64,000 bases of DNA from Acidobacteriota bacterium (lineage in GTDB: Bacteria; Acidobacteriota; UBA6911; RPQK01; JAJDTT01): positions 4,224,001-4,288,000 of the forward strand of contig OZ253580.1 in assembly GCA_965263035.1 (NCBI GenBank). Direction: 5' to 3'. Made by a program: the position numbers and the translations under genes. The stretch's first letter is position 1; the number at the start of each line of letters is the position of its first letter. Below are positions 10,234 through 20,736 of this stretch, in pieces. The notes beneath the pieces were generated by a model. It made no database searches. It was not told the origin of the DNA and saw only the letters and a program-made list of their open reading frames with translations.

Positions 10234-10863
10234 GTGCGCCCGACATGGGCTGTATCTAAGGGATGAAAGATCCCAAGGGAGGTGATGGGACCAACCCTAG
10301 CCGAACCGCAAGGCGTAGCCGCGAGGTGAAGCTGAAGGAAGCGGAAGGCAAACCCACGACCGCAGGAACACGAACCGGCAGCGAGGCCGGGTGCGGGCGG
10401 TGAGCTGGCGAGCAACAGCGAAACCCGAACCCCATCCAGACGTACCAGGTAGAGTCGGGCGGCCCGGGGGGAAAGATGCAGCACCTTACTCGGGGAGATC
10501 TCAAGGGTGAGAGCCTTTGAGAAGTCAGCAGAGGTCATAGTAGCGAAGAAGCCGGATAATGCCGGTGGAGCGAAGGACCGAAGGAGTCGGACGGGCCCTA
10601 TGGTGGACTCGTCAGCGGGATCGCAAATACCTCCGAAAACGGGGCGGGGGGAGGCCCCTCGGACCCGGCATGGAAGGCCCACGGGTGGAGCCCGGCAAGC
10701 CGGAAGGGCGGAGATCAAGTCTCAGCGGCGGCGAAAACCGGAAAGAAAGGCCCTGTACGAGGCTCGAAAGAGCCTCGGGTGACTCCAACCGCCGGATACT
10801 GAAAACGGTACGTCCGGTGGTGTGGGAGGGTGCGGGGGCGCAATCCCCTGCACTCGACCCGAT
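10234..10863 (+). mobile_element. ORF-less class IIC group II intron, copy 1 (630 nt)
   Basis: 5' GTGCGCCCGACATGGG; domain I landmarks (CTGAAGGAAGCGG, AGGAACACGAAC); domain V with CGC triad at ~10788-10821; domain VI ending ACCCGAT; no RT ORF. Confidence 0.92.
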
Positions 10864-10923
10864 CTCGCCTATCGTCTTGCAGCCTGTCTTGTTCCGTCAG
10901 TATCGTAGTCGGAGGAGGACGTC

Positions 10924-12786
10924 ATGCAGCAGAGGGGATTCCGCAGCAGCATCACCACCCAAGGGCGGCGCATGGCCGGGGCCCGGGCTCTCTGGAGGGC
11001 CACCGGCATGAAGACGGAGGACTTCCGGAAACCCATCATCGCCATCGCCAACTCGTTTGCCCAATTCGTCCCCGGGCACGTTCACCTGCATCCCCTCGGC
11101 CAGAGGGTCAAACAGGTCATCGACGCCAGCGGCGGGTACGGAGTGGAGTTCAACACCATCGCCCTGGACGACGGCATCGCCATGGGACACGACGGCATGC
11201 TCTACTCCCTCCCCAGCCGCGAGCTGATCGCCGACAGCGTGGAGTACATGGTGAACGGCCACAAGGCGGACGCCCTGGTCTGCATTTCCAACTGCGACAA
11301 GATCACTCCGGGAATGCTCCTGGGCGCTCTGCGGCTGAACCTGCCCACGATTTTCGTCTCGGGAGGCCCCATGGAGGCCGGCCGGGCCCTGCTGGCTTCG
11401 GGTCCGGCCAAGCTGGATCTGGTCGATTCCATGGTGGCCGCCGGAGACAGCCGGATCAGCGACGCCGAGGTCCTGAAGATGGAGGAGGAGGCCTGTCCCA
11501 CCTGCGGGTCCTGCTCGGGCATGTTCACGGCCAACAGCATGAACTGTCTCAACGAAGCCATCGGCTTGGCCCTGCCGGGCAACGGGACCATCCTCGCGAC
11601 CCACTCACTGCGCTGGCAGCTCTTCGAGCGGGCCGCCAGGCGCATCGTCCAGATGGCCCGCGCCTATTACCTGGAGGGAGACGAAACGGTGCTGCCCCGG
11701 AGCATCGCGACCTTCGAAGCCTTCGAGAACGCCATGAGTCTGGACATCGCCATGGGGGGTTCCACCAACACGGTGCTGCACATCCTGGCCATGGCGCACG
11801 AGGCGGGCGTGGAGTTCACCATGGCCGACATCGACCGCCTCTCGCGGCAGGTGCCCTGTATCTGCAAGGTGGCGCCGGCCACGGGGAAGTTTCATCTGGA
11901 GGACGTGGCCCGGGCCGGCGGGATCCCAACTATCCTGGGAGAGCTCCAGCGCGCCGGCCAGATCCACTCCGGGGTGGGAACCGTCTCCGGGGACGGCATG
12001 GGAGACATGATTCGCAAGAATGACCTTCGCGACGGCAACGGGTCGGTATCCGATTTCGCCCGCCGACGGGCGCTGGCGGCTCCCGGAGGGGTCCGCTCCC
12101 GGGAGGCGTTTTCTCAGGAGAACTATTATCAAGGGTCCGACGTCGACTCGAGGGAAGGCTGCATCCGATCGGCCGAGCACGCCTATTCCCAGGATGGAGG
12201 GCTGGCCGTCCTGTACGGCAATCTGGCCGAGGACGGTTGCATAGTGAAGACGGCAGGGGTGGACGAGTCGATCTGGGTCTTCCAGGGGCCGGCCCGGGTC
12301 TTCGAGTCCCAGGAGGAAGCCTGCGACGGGATCCTGGGCGGACGGGTCGAGGCCGGTGACGTGGTGGTGATCCGGTACGAGGGGCCCAAAGGCGGTCCGG
12401 GAATGCAGGAGATGCTCTATCCGACCTCCTACATCAAGGCCCGGCAGTTGGGCGCCAAATGCGCGCTGCTGACGGACGGCCGTTTCAGCGGCGGAACCAG
12501 CGGATTGTCCATCGGCCACGTCTCTCCCGAAGCGGCTGAGGGTGGGGCCATCGCGCTGGTGGAAGAGGGAGACCTCATCCGCGTCCACATTCCCGAACGG
12601 ACGCTGGAATTGGCGGTCCCCGAGGAGGAGTTGGCGCGCCGCCGCCGTCGCATGGAGGCTCGCGGTCAGGAAGCCTACCGTCCGCGCGACCGTCACCGTC
12701 CCATCTCCCAGGCCCTGGCCGCCTACGCCGCCCTGACCACCAGCGCCGCTCGGGGCGCCGTCCGTGACATCTCCCAGCTCCGATGA
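10924..12786 (+). CDS. ilvD: Dihydroxy-acid dehydratase
   Basis: [48 protein letters not shown]; RBS GGAGG. Confidence 0.97.
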   Translation: MQQRGFRSSITTQGRRMAGARALWRATGMKTEDFRKPIIAIANSFAQFVPGHVHLHPLGQRVKQVIDASGGYGVEFNTIALDDGIAMGHDGMLYSLPSRELIADSVEYMVNGHKADALVCISNCDKITPGMLLGALRLNLPTIFVSGGPMEAGRALLASGPAKLDLVDSMVAAGDSRISDAEVLKMEEEACPTCGSCSGMFTANSMNCLNEAIGLALPGNGTILATHSLRWQLFERAARRIVQMARAYYLEGDETVLPRSIATFEAFENAMSLDIAMGGSTNTVLHILAMAHEAGVEFTMADIDRLSRQVPCICKVAPATGKFHLEDVARAGGIPTILGELQRAGQIHSGVGTVSGDGMGDMIRKNDLRDGNGSVSDFARRRALAAPGGVRSREAFSQENYYQGSDVDSREGCIRSAEHAYSQDGGLAVLYGNLAEDGCIVKTAGVDESIWVFQGPARVFESQEEACDGILGGRVEAGDVVVIRYEGPKGGPGMQEMLYPTSYIKARQLGAKCALLTDGRFSGGTSGLSIGHVSPEAAEGGAIALVEEGDLIRVHIPERTLELAVPEEELARRRRRMEARGQEAYRPRDRHRPISQALAAYAALTTSAARGAVRDISQLR

Positions 12787-12872
12787 CGGGCGGGTCGAAA
12801 TTCAAACGCCAAGAGTTGGATCGGGTGGCGAATCGGGAGCCTTGCCACCACTCGTGGCCGAAGCCGGACTGG

Positions 12873-13031
12873 GAGCCCGCGCGGCAGAAATTGATCTACT
12901 GCGAAAGCGGTAGAATCGATCCATATTCCCCCGATTTGTCGGCGAATAGAACAACTATGCACCTCCAAATCGAGAAAATCCGGCCTCGATTCCCCGCTTT
13001 CTCGCTACGATTATTTTTACCGCGCAGACTC
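12873..13031. mobile_element. 159-bp MITE, copy 1
   Basis: Imperfect ~19-bp terminal inverted repeats; flanking CTGG duplication; inverted homolog at 26532-26690. Confidence 0.85.
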
Positions 13032-13299
13032 CTGGCCTACAACAACCGCCGTGAGGTCAATCTGCTGGCCCAGTCCCCGCCTCTGTGGTCCCGAAAAGGG
13101 GTGCAGTCGTGACCGGAAAATTTATGGCATTCCTGCTCCCGAAATCTTGACGATGGCTTGAGGCGAAATTTTTCTTAGCGCTGTTCATTTGATTTTTGCC
13201 GTGGTATAAATCACTTAACTTTGCGCTATTGTCTTCCATTTCCACAGCGAAGCCGACGTAGCGTGTCACCACAAATTTCTTTTGGGGGGAGGAACATCC

Positions 13300-13620
13300 A
13301 TGGGTAGAATCATTACTGCTTTGACCGTCTTGGTGGCAATCATCGAGGGAGTCGGCAATCTGGAGACAGGGGGCATACTCGCATTGGCTCTGGTCGTCTT
13401 GGGTATCGTTTATGCGGTAACTGAGATCGATGCCGAAGATGCGACAGGCCCGCTGGCCGTTGTCATCGCCTCCGGTGCTGCCGTAAATGCGGAGGTGTTG
13501 AACAACATCCCCGCGATTGGCATGCACCTGAACGCCATCCTCGGAGAGGTTGTCGTGGCGCTGTATGCTGGTGCCGCAACCATTCTCGTGGTGAGGATCA
13601 TCAACCGGCTCAAGGGCTGA
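13300..13620 (+). CDS. Small multi-TM membrane protein
   Basis: 106 aa, hydrophobic; strong RBS GGAGG; AT-rich upstream region. Confidence 0.8.
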   Translation: MGRIITALTVLVAIIEGVGNLETGGILALALVVLGIVYAVTEIDAEDATGPLAVVIASGAAVNAEVLNNIPAIGMHLNAILGEVVVALYAGAATILVVRIINRLKG

Positions 13621-13627
13621 AGTTTTC

Positions 13628-13660
13628 GGCTGAGGAGCGGTCCCCAACCGCTCCTCAGCC
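13628..13660 (+). terminator. Putative terminator hairpin
   Basis: 14-bp perfect stem GGCTGAGGAGCGGT/ACCGCTCCTCAGCC just after the stop codon; no clear U-tract. Confidence 0.6.
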
Positions 13661-13892
13661 CTCTCGCCTCATTTCATTGCGCGCGCGACGGGCAGCTCGG
13701 CTGAGCCTTGACAAGGGGGCGAAGGCCGAGTTGGCAGTCGTCGCGTTTCGTCCGATTTCGGGCGTTCTCGCACCTTTTTCTATCTCGACGAAATCCCCGG
13801 GTTAATTGACTCAAGTTGGAACGCACCGTGACGGCGGTCCGTCCGAATTCCTCTGCCGCTCCACAGTGCTCCCTTCCAAACTCCCGTCCGGC

Positions 13893-16800
13893 CTAAAAAT
13901 AGAACTTTAGCGCCATCTGTAGCTGCCGAGCCGGTTGGGCATGCCCCAGAGCTCCGAACTCCGAGGTCCCGAACTCACCGGTCCTGGACCTGCCCGTCAG
14001 CAGGAAGTTGGGATGGTTGGTGGCGTTGAAGGCCTCCAGGCGCAGCTCCACCCGCTGGGTGTCCTGGAGATGAAATGTGCGCCGGAGTGAAAGGTCCAGA
14101 TTGATCACGCCCGGTCCCTCGACCGAACTCCGTCCCGCATTTCCGTAAAGGAACTCCCCTGGACGCCGGAACGCCCCGGTGTCGAACCACCGGGAAGGAC
14201 TCCGCTCCGAGTCTTTGAGGTTGGGATTCCGAATCCGGTCCGGCCATTGCGAATGGTAGGAGCCGGTGTCCAGAGGATCACCGGGCAGGTAGACTGTAAA
14301 CCAACCGCCGTCCTGGAAGCTGGCGATGACCCGGATCGACCAGCCGCCGGCGATCTTCGCGAATGCCCCTTTGGAAAGAAAGGACCGTCCGGCGCCGAAG
14401 GGCAGATCGTAACCCGCGGTCAGCATCATTCGTTTGGGCGCGTGGAATTCCGAAAGGGACCGATTGGCTTCCAGCGGCAGGTTGCGCGATCGGAATCTGC
14501 GTCTCGAGGGCGGGCCCTGGTATCCGCCCCCGGTATCGATCTGCCGGGACCAGTCGAAAACCACCAGGGCCGAGAGTCCGTACCGGTCCGGCCTCTTCTC
14601 CACCTGCAACTGCATGCCGTGAAACCAGGCGTCGGCATCGGCGAAGGGCATCTCGACGGTTTGCAGCTCAGGGTAAGGGCGGCGCCGGCTCCGGTCGCCC
14701 GGTCCGGGGACCGCATCGTTCAGGGAGACGGTTTCCAGACGGTTGGAGGAATGAGACCCCAGGTATCCCACCTGCAGCAGGATGCCCGGGGAAAGCCGGT
14801 GCTGAACGCTGAGTCCCCAGGAGTGGGTGGCCGCCAGCGGAAGCGGCGTCTCCATCCCCGAGTGGTTGGGAGCCGCCGAATCTGTGAGACGCTCCGGAAA
14901 CGGCTCGGAAAGCCTCAACGTGGCCTGCTCCAGCGGCGCCAGGAACACCAGGCGCTGAGCCCCTGGACGTGGATTTTTGGCCATTTCCTGAACCATGTTC
15001 AGATCGGGCTCGTTGGAATAGATCCCGTAGCCGCTCCTCAGCACGGTGGCGTTTCCGAGTCGAAACGAAATCCCCAGGCGGGGGAGGATGGCGGAGGCTC
15101 GATTCCACTCGACCAGGGGAAACCCGGGTTCGAAGCGGCCGGTCTGTGGAACGGGCGGATCGGCGATCAGGAGCGGGGGAATCAGGCGCCCCTCGGCCAC
15201 GTCGAAGTTGGCCATGAAGCCCCGCTTGTCTCGCCAGGGAAGTCGAAGCTCGTACCGGAGTCCCAGCGTGAGGGTCAACCTGGGCCGGACCCTCCACACG
15301 TCCTTGAGGTAGAAATAGAAGCTGTTCTGGTGGAAGTTTCCCCGGAAGCCCTCCCCGCCCAACTCGGTGCGTACCGGATGGCCCAGCAGAAAGTCGGCGA
15401 ACGCATTTCCCGTATACCGGCTGAAGAACTCGAATCTGGATCGGCGTTCCATCACGTAGAAGTTGTAGTGCTGCCGGAATTCGACTCCTCCTCTCACGGT
15501 GTGGTTGCCGCGGGACCAGGAGACATCGTCCTTGACCTGCCAATTCCCCACGTTGGCGTGTCCCACGGCGCCCGAGTCGCCGATTCCCGTGTAGCCCTGG
15601 ATGACGATCGTGGGAACACCGCTGCGGTCGGCTTCGTTCGTCAACAGTTGCGGAATGCCGAGACTCAATGGGACCTGGGGCTTGGGGTGGGACGGGCCGG
15701 CGATGTAGGGGCGGAAAAACCAGTGGATGCCGGCCGCGTTGATCAGGCCGGTTCCGAACGTCCGGGTGTTGGAGATGGATTGTCCATAGGTCCGCAGGGG
15801 CTGCACTGCGGAGAAGACGCTGAAAGTCCGGGGGGACACCTGGGGACTCGAATCCCAGATGAAGCGGCCGGCCCATCGGTTGCCGGGTGAGGTCGTAAAG
15901 TCCAAGCGCGAGATGAGTTGGGGATTGTCCAGGTTCGCCGTCGAATCGGGACTCGTGAAGTTCAATGAGCCCGGAGTATTGGGAGACGGCCAGAAGTGGA
16001 GGAGCTTCCTGGACACCGGATCCAGGCGGTGCTCGGGCATCCGGTCCGCCGGGAAAAACTGTCCTGTCGCAGGGTCCAAGATGGGCGACGCAAACTCGCC
16101 CCGCTTTTCGGCGTCGGTGGGAACGACTCCGGTCAACGGCCGGGTCTCCCGAATCGACCGGAACTGGTAGGAAAGGAAGAACCAGGCCCGGTCCCTCCCG
16201 TCGAACAGCCCCGGGATCACGATGGGTCCGCCCAGGGTCGCTCCCAACTGGTTGCGCTTGAATTCGGCCTTCCTCTGTTCGAAGAAGTCCCGGGCGTCCA
16301 GATTGTCGTTCCTGTGAAACCAATACAGGTTTCCGTGAAACTGGTTGCTGCCGCTCTTGGTCACGGCGGTGATCTGCCCGCCCGGACGCACGCCGTACTC
16401 GGCCGAATAGAGGCCGGTCTTCACGTCGAATTCCCGCAAGGCGTCGGTGCTCGCCTTGAACGAGGTCTCCCCGTCTCCGTGGGTGAAGAGGGTGCCGTCG
16501 ATATAGGTCAGATTATCCTTGAACCTCATCCCCATGACCTTGACGTTGCCCCGGTTCGAGGCCGAGGGAGTCGCCCCGGCCGCCAAGCCGGCCAGCTTTC
16601 CGATGTCGCGGGCGTTGACGGGCAAAGAGTCGAGTTTCTCCTGGTCGATGACCTGTCCCAGATCCGTCCTCCCGGCCCCCAGCAGGGCCGGGTCCGCTTG
16701 TTTGACCGAGGCGCCGGGGCCTGTCCCCCGCCGGAGTTGGAAATCCGCCCTGGCGGACTGTCCCACCAGCAGTTCCAGATCTCGGAGAACCTCGGTCCGG

Positions 16801-17063
16801 AACCCCGGCAGCGCCACGGTCAACTGATATTTTCCTACCCGTAGACCGTCGCGCCGGAAATAGCCCGCCGCTCCGCTGAGCAGGTCGGCGACTTCGTTGG
16901 TGTCCATGTGCCTGAGGCTGACCTGGGCGTTCGCCGCCGCCGCTCCGTCCTCCCGTAGAACCCGGCCCAGAATCGTGCCGGTGTCGATTTGGGCCTCAAG
17001 GAGTACGCCGGCCGCCAGGCAGAGGACCCAAGCCGGCGCCAGAATTCTTCGGACGAGATTCAT
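13893..17063 (-). CDS. TonB-dependent receptor (carboxypeptidase-regulatory N-domain, Acidobacteria type)
   Basis: Signal peptide at MNLVRR; TKSGSNQFHG, NQLGATLGGP, RLEAFN.TNHPNF, terminal F. Confidence 0.9.
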   Translation of the reverse strand: MNLVRRILAPAWVLCLAAGVLLEAQIDTGTILGRVLREDGAAAANAQVSLRHMDTNEVADLLSGAAGYFRRDGLRVGKYQLTVALPGFRTEVLRDLELLVGQSARADFQLRRGTGPGASVKQADPALLGAGRTDLGQVIDQEKLDSLPVNARDIGKLAGLAAGATPSASNRGNVKVMGMRFKDNLTYIDGTLFTHGDGETSFKASTDALREFDVKTGLYSAEYGVRPGGQITAVTKSGSNQFHGNLYWFHRNDNLDARDFFEQRKAEFKRNQLGATLGGPIVIPGLFDGRDRAWFFLSYQFRSIRETRPLTGVVPTDAEKRGEFASPILDPATGQFFPADRMPEHRLDPVSRKLLHFWPSPNTPGSLNFTSPDSTANLDNPQLISRLDFTTSPGNRWAGRFIWDSSPQVSPRTFSVFSAVQPLRTYGQSISNTRTFGTGLINAAGIHWFFRPYIAGPSHPKPQVPLSLGIPQLLTNEADRSGVPTIVIQGYTGIGDSGAVGHANVGNWQVKDDVSWSRGNHTVRGGVEFRQHYNFYVMERRSRFEFFSRYTGNAFADFLLGHPVRTELGGEGFRGNFHQNSFYFYLKDVWRVRPRLTLTLGLRYELRLPWRDKRGFMANFDVAEGRLIPPLLIADPPVPQTGRFEPGFPLVEWNRASAILPRLGISFRLGNATVLRSGYGIYSNEPDLNMVQEMAKNPRPGAQRLVFLAPLEQATLRLSEPFPERLTDSAAPNHSGMETPLPLAATHSWGLSVQHRLSPGILLQVGYLGSHSSNRLETVSLNDAVPGPGDRSRRRPYPELQTVEMPFADADAWFHGMQLQVEKRPDRYGLSALVVFDWSRQIDTGGGYQGPPSRRRFRSRNLPLEANRSLSEFHAPKRMMLTAGYDLPFGAGRSFLSKGAFAKIAGGWSIRVIASFQDGGWFTVYLPGDPLDTGSYHSQWPDRIRNPNLKDSERSPSRWFDTGAFRRPGEFLYGNAGRSSVEGPGVINLDLSLRRTFHLQDTQRVELRLEAFNATNHPNFLLTGRSRTGEFGTSEFGALGHAQPARQLQMALKFYF

Positions 17064-17238
17064 GATTGCCAATCCGCCGTCCATGATACTCGCTGGTGAG
17101 TCCGGCCTCGTGTGAATTGCGCCGCCGGGTTTCGAGAGTGGTCCTGCAGACCCAAAACGCCGGTTTCCCGCTTGCGCGGAAGGGGGCTTTCCTGGAGACT
17201 CGGTTATCACACGGCACAACAACGTAAGGTAGGAGTCC

Positions 17239-18462
17239 ATGAACCGAAGACGATTCGTCGGCTCGGTGGCCGGGACCGCCGGGTTGGCCGCCGCCATGGC
17301 ACAAAACGCTCGTGGGGAAGCCCATCAGGCTCTCTCATCCATGCGGATCACCCGGATTCGCTTCTACGAGGCCCCCTCCCGCGTCATGTTCAATCAGAGC
17401 TCCCACGTTTCGCTGGTCGAAACGGACCAGGGCATCGTGGGGGTGGGCGAAGGGGGATCGGAGGACACGATTCGCCAGTGTGCCGGCCTGCTCATCGGAG
17501 AGAATCCGGCCCGCATTGAGCATCTCTGGCAGCTCATGTACTGGGGCCACTTCTATCCGCCCGGGCGGGAAAAGATCCATGCGCTGGGTGCACTGGACCT
17601 GGCGCTCTGGGACATCCGGGGCAAAGCTCTCGGAGTCCCGGTCTACCACTTGCTGGGAGGTCCGGTTCGAAACCACATCGAGTGCTATTCGACGGGTTTC
17701 CCCGGCTACAAGAATCCGCGCGACGCGGCACGTGCGTGCATGGATGCCGGCTTTCGAGCCTATCGGACCAGCACTCGTGGTTCGGGCAACCAATTCAACC
17801 CTCGCCAATCCGTTCGCGACACCTACAAGCTGTGCGCGGAAGTGCGCAAGGGCGTGGGCGCCAGCGGCGATTGGGCCATCGACTACCACACGCGGCTGGA
17901 CATGCCCGATGCCATCCGGCTTTCCAGCCTCATCGAGGATCTGGAGCCCTACTTCGTCGAAGACCTGCTCCGCAGCGAGAACCCGGGCGTCTACCGGCAG
18001 CTGCGCCCTCAAGTGAAGGTGCCCATCGCCGTAGGCGAGCAGTTCGGCGACCGCTGGGATATCAACGAGCTGATCGAGGAACGCCTGATCGACTATTCGA
18101 GGATCTCCCTGCCCAACGCCGGCGGTATCACCGAGTTCATGAAGATCGCAACCTTGTGCGAGACCCACTACGTCGGGCTGGTCCCCCATTTCACCGGACC
18201 CATTGCCACTGCCGCCCTGGTCCATGCGTGCAACGCCTTTCCGGGACCCGTCCTGATGGAGATGTTGGGCGGCGGTAAAGAGGATCTGGATCACCTGCCG
18301 GTGAGCTACGACTTTCGGGACGGAAAACTCTGGCCCAGCGCCCGGCCGGGCCTCGGTGTGGAGGTCGATACGGAATCGCTGAAGCTGGTGGCCGAAGTCA
18401 CGGAGCCGCTGGAGGGTGCTCCCCTGAATCGGCGTCCCGACGGGTCCATCACCAATTGGTGA
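17239..18462 (+). CDS. Mandelate racemase/enolase-superfamily dehydratase with Tat signal
   Basis: MNRRRF; ALDLALWDIRGK..GVPVY.LLGG; D.H, E, GE metal ligands. Confidence 0.88.
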   Translation: MNRRRFVGSVAGTAGLAAAMAQNARGEAHQALSSMRITRIRFYEAPSRVMFNQSSHVSLVETDQGIVGVGEGGSEDTIRQCAGLLIGENPARIEHLWQLMYWGHFYPPGREKIHALGALDLALWDIRGKALGVPVYHLLGGPVRNHIECYSTGFPGYKNPRDAARACMDAGFRAYRTSTRGSGNQFNPRQSVRDTYKLCAEVRKGVGASGDWAIDYHTRLDMPDAIRLSSLIEDLEPYFVEDLLRSENPGVYRQLRPQVKVPIAVGEQFGDRWDINELIEERLIDYSRISLPNAGGITEFMKIATLCETHYVGLVPHFTGPIATAALVHACNAFPGPVLMEMLGGGKEDLDHLPVSYDFRDGKLWPSARPGLGVEVDTESLKLVAEVTEPLEGAPLNRRPDGSITNW

Positions 18463-18515
18463 GGAAAGAGAAAACAGAAAATGTGGAAAGAGTGGGGAAG
18501 AGACGGCGAGGTGAC

Positions 18516-20000
18516 ATGGGATTGCAGGTGAATCGCCGCGTGTTTCTGGGTGCCGGATTTGCGGGAGCGCTGGTTGCTCGAACCGCTCATTCAGAAACGG
18601 CGCTGGAGGTTGGCGACCGCGCCCAGTTGCTCTTGGACGATTACTTCGTGGAGCGAAAAGAGGGCGTCCGGCTCAGGGTGACTCCCGCCCGGGCCGATCA
18701 CGTCCGGGTGGTTTCGCCTGACATACCCACGGACCAGGATGGGGTATGGGCCTGGGTGACGGTGGGGGATGAGGGTGGACGGGTGCGGATGTGGTATTCG
18801 GGCCGGGCGCTCGGCGATCCGGCCGAGGTCAGCCGGCTCTGCTACGCCGAGTCGGAGGATGGTGTTCATTGGGACAAGCCGCCCTGCGGGGTGACCTCGT
18901 TTCAAGGCAGCCGGAAGAACAATATCGTCCTCACCATCCAGCATGAAGGCAGCGTGTTCCTGGATCCTTCCGCGGGGCCGGGTCAACGGTACAAGTGTGT
19001 GTTTGGAGAACGAGACAAGGAGCGCGGATACGGGTACCGGATGACCCTTCGGGACCGGGGGCGAACCCGGGAATGGCTGGGGCCCACCATCGAAGGAGCA
19101 GCTTCGCCGGACGGGATCAGTTGGACCAAGGGTCCCGGTCCTCTGATGGACTGGTACACCGATACCTGCAACGTCTGCTACTACGACTCCGGGCTGGGAA
19201 AATACGTCTGCTTCGTCCGGGACAACCAGTATCCTCGCTTCAAAGGGGGAGCCATCCGCTGCATCGGCCGGACGGAGAGCAAGACATTCGGCGACTTCCC
19301 CCGCCCGGAGCGGGTCCTGGCGCCCGACCAGGAGGATCCACCGGGGATGGACCTCTACAATTCGGCGGCCCAGCCCTATCCGTTCGCCGACGGGGTCTCC
19401 CTGCTGTTTCCGGCGGCCTACTACCACGACACGGACAACCTGGAGATTCAGATCGCCACCAGCCGCGACAGCGTGCGATGGCGGCGGCCCGACCGCAATC
19501 CGTTACTGAGTCCCGGAAGGGAAGGGGACTTCGACAGCCGCATGGTCTACATGGGCGTGGGAATGATTCCCCGACGGGATGAGATCTGGATGTACTACGG
19601 TGGCTTCGACGTCGGGCATGAACAGGTCAAACGGGCCCCCGGCATGGGCGGCGTCGGCCGGGTCAGGTTCCAGCGTCACAGGATCGTCGCTCAGGCTGCG
19701 GAGTCGGCACTCGGACATCTGGTAACGAAGCCGCTGATCTTTTCGGGTCGGCATCTGAAACTGAACGCGGATTGCGGAGCCGGCGGGCGGATTCAGGTCG
19801 GCGTCTTGGGGGTGGACGGCGTCCCGGTCCCGGGTCTTGGCCTGGAGGAGTGCGAGCCTCTTATTGGAGATTTCCTGCGAGGCGTGGTGCGGTGGAATTC
19901 TGGGGCCCGGCTGTCGGATCTGGCGGGGAAGCCGGTTCGGCTCAGCTTTCGGTTGCAGCAGCGCAGCCGGCTTTATGCGTTTCGGTTTTGGGCGGCTTGA
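18516..20000 (+). CDS. Tat-exported beta-propeller glycoside-hydrolase-like protein
   Basis: NRRVFL; YAESEDGVHW; paralog of 6887/8460. Confidence 0.7.
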   Translation: MGLQVNRRVFLGAGFAGALVARTAHSETALEVGDRAQLLLDDYFVERKEGVRLRVTPARADHVRVVSPDIPTDQDGVWAWVTVGDEGGRVRMWYSGRALGDPAEVSRLCYAESEDGVHWDKPPCGVTSFQGSRKNNIVLTIQHEGSVFLDPSAGPGQRYKCVFGERDKERGYGYRMTLRDRGRTREWLGPTIEGAASPDGISWTKGPGPLMDWYTDTCNVCYYDSGLGKYVCFVRDNQYPRFKGGAIRCIGRTESKTFGDFPRPERVLAPDQEDPPGMDLYNSAAQPYPFADGVSLLFPAAYYHDTDNLEIQIATSRDSVRWRRPDRNPLLSPGREGDFDSRMVYMGVGMIPRRDEIWMYYGGFDVGHEQVKRAPGMGGVGRVRFQRHRIVAQAAESALGHLVTKPLIFSGRHLKLNADCGAGGRIQVGVLGVDGVPVPGLGLEECEPLIGDFLRGVVRWNSGARLSDLAGKPVRLSFRLQQRSRLYAFRFWAA

Positions 20001-20063
20001 GGCTGTAGAGTGGGGACTCCGTCCCCCCTGCCCCCCTAACCGGCGACAAGAAAGTCGCCGCTC

Positions 20064-20693
20064 GTGCGCCCGACATGGGCTGTATCTAAGGGATGAAAGA
20101 TCCCAAGGGAGGTGATGGGACCAACGCTAGCCGAACCGCAAGGCGTAGCCGCGAGGCGAAGCTGAAGGAAGCGGAAGGCAAACCCACGACCGCAGGAACA
20201 CGAACCGGCAGTGAGGCCGGGTGCGGGCGGTGAGCTGGCGAGCAACAGCGAAACCCGAACCCCATCCAGACGCATCAGGTAGAGCCGGGCGGCCCGGGGG
20301 GAAAGATGCAGCACCTTACTCGGGGAGATCTCAAGGGTGAGAGCCCTTGAGAAGTCAGCAGAGGTCGTAGTAGCGAAGAAGCTGGGTAATGCCGGTGGAG
20401 CGAAGGACCGAAGGAGTCGGACTGGCCCTATGGTGGACTCGTCAGCGGGATCGCAACTACCTCCGAAAACGGGCCGTGGGGAGGCCCCTCGGACCCGGCA
20501 TGGAAGGCCCACGGGTGGAGCCCGGCAAGCCGGAAGGGCGGAGATCAAGTCTCAGCGGCGGCGGAAACCGGAAAGAAAGGCCCTGTACGAGGCTCGAAAG
20601 AGCCTCGGGTGACTCCAACCGCCGGATACTGAAAACGGTACGTCCGGTGGTGTGGGAGGGTGCGGGGGCGCAATCCCCTGCACTCGACCCGAT
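20064..20693 (+). mobile_element. ORF-less class IIC group II intron, copy 2 (630 nt)
   Basis: About 97% identical to copy 1, same ends, same insertion point GTCGCCGCTC|C. Confidence 0.92.
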
Positions 20694-20736
20694 CACCCCC
20701 TAACCGGCGACAGGAACGTCGCCGCTCCATTGCTCC

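Noticed and set aside
8835-10718. Long antisense ORFs (this one, 49116-51353, 41725-43365, 34948-36501 and others)
   Set aside because: Shadow frames of real genes in high-GC DNA, with no recognisable motifs.
10507-10782. 91-aa ORF inside the intron (also 20337-20612) as an intron-encoded protein
   Set aside because: No RT or maturase motifs; it overlaps structured ribozyme domains.
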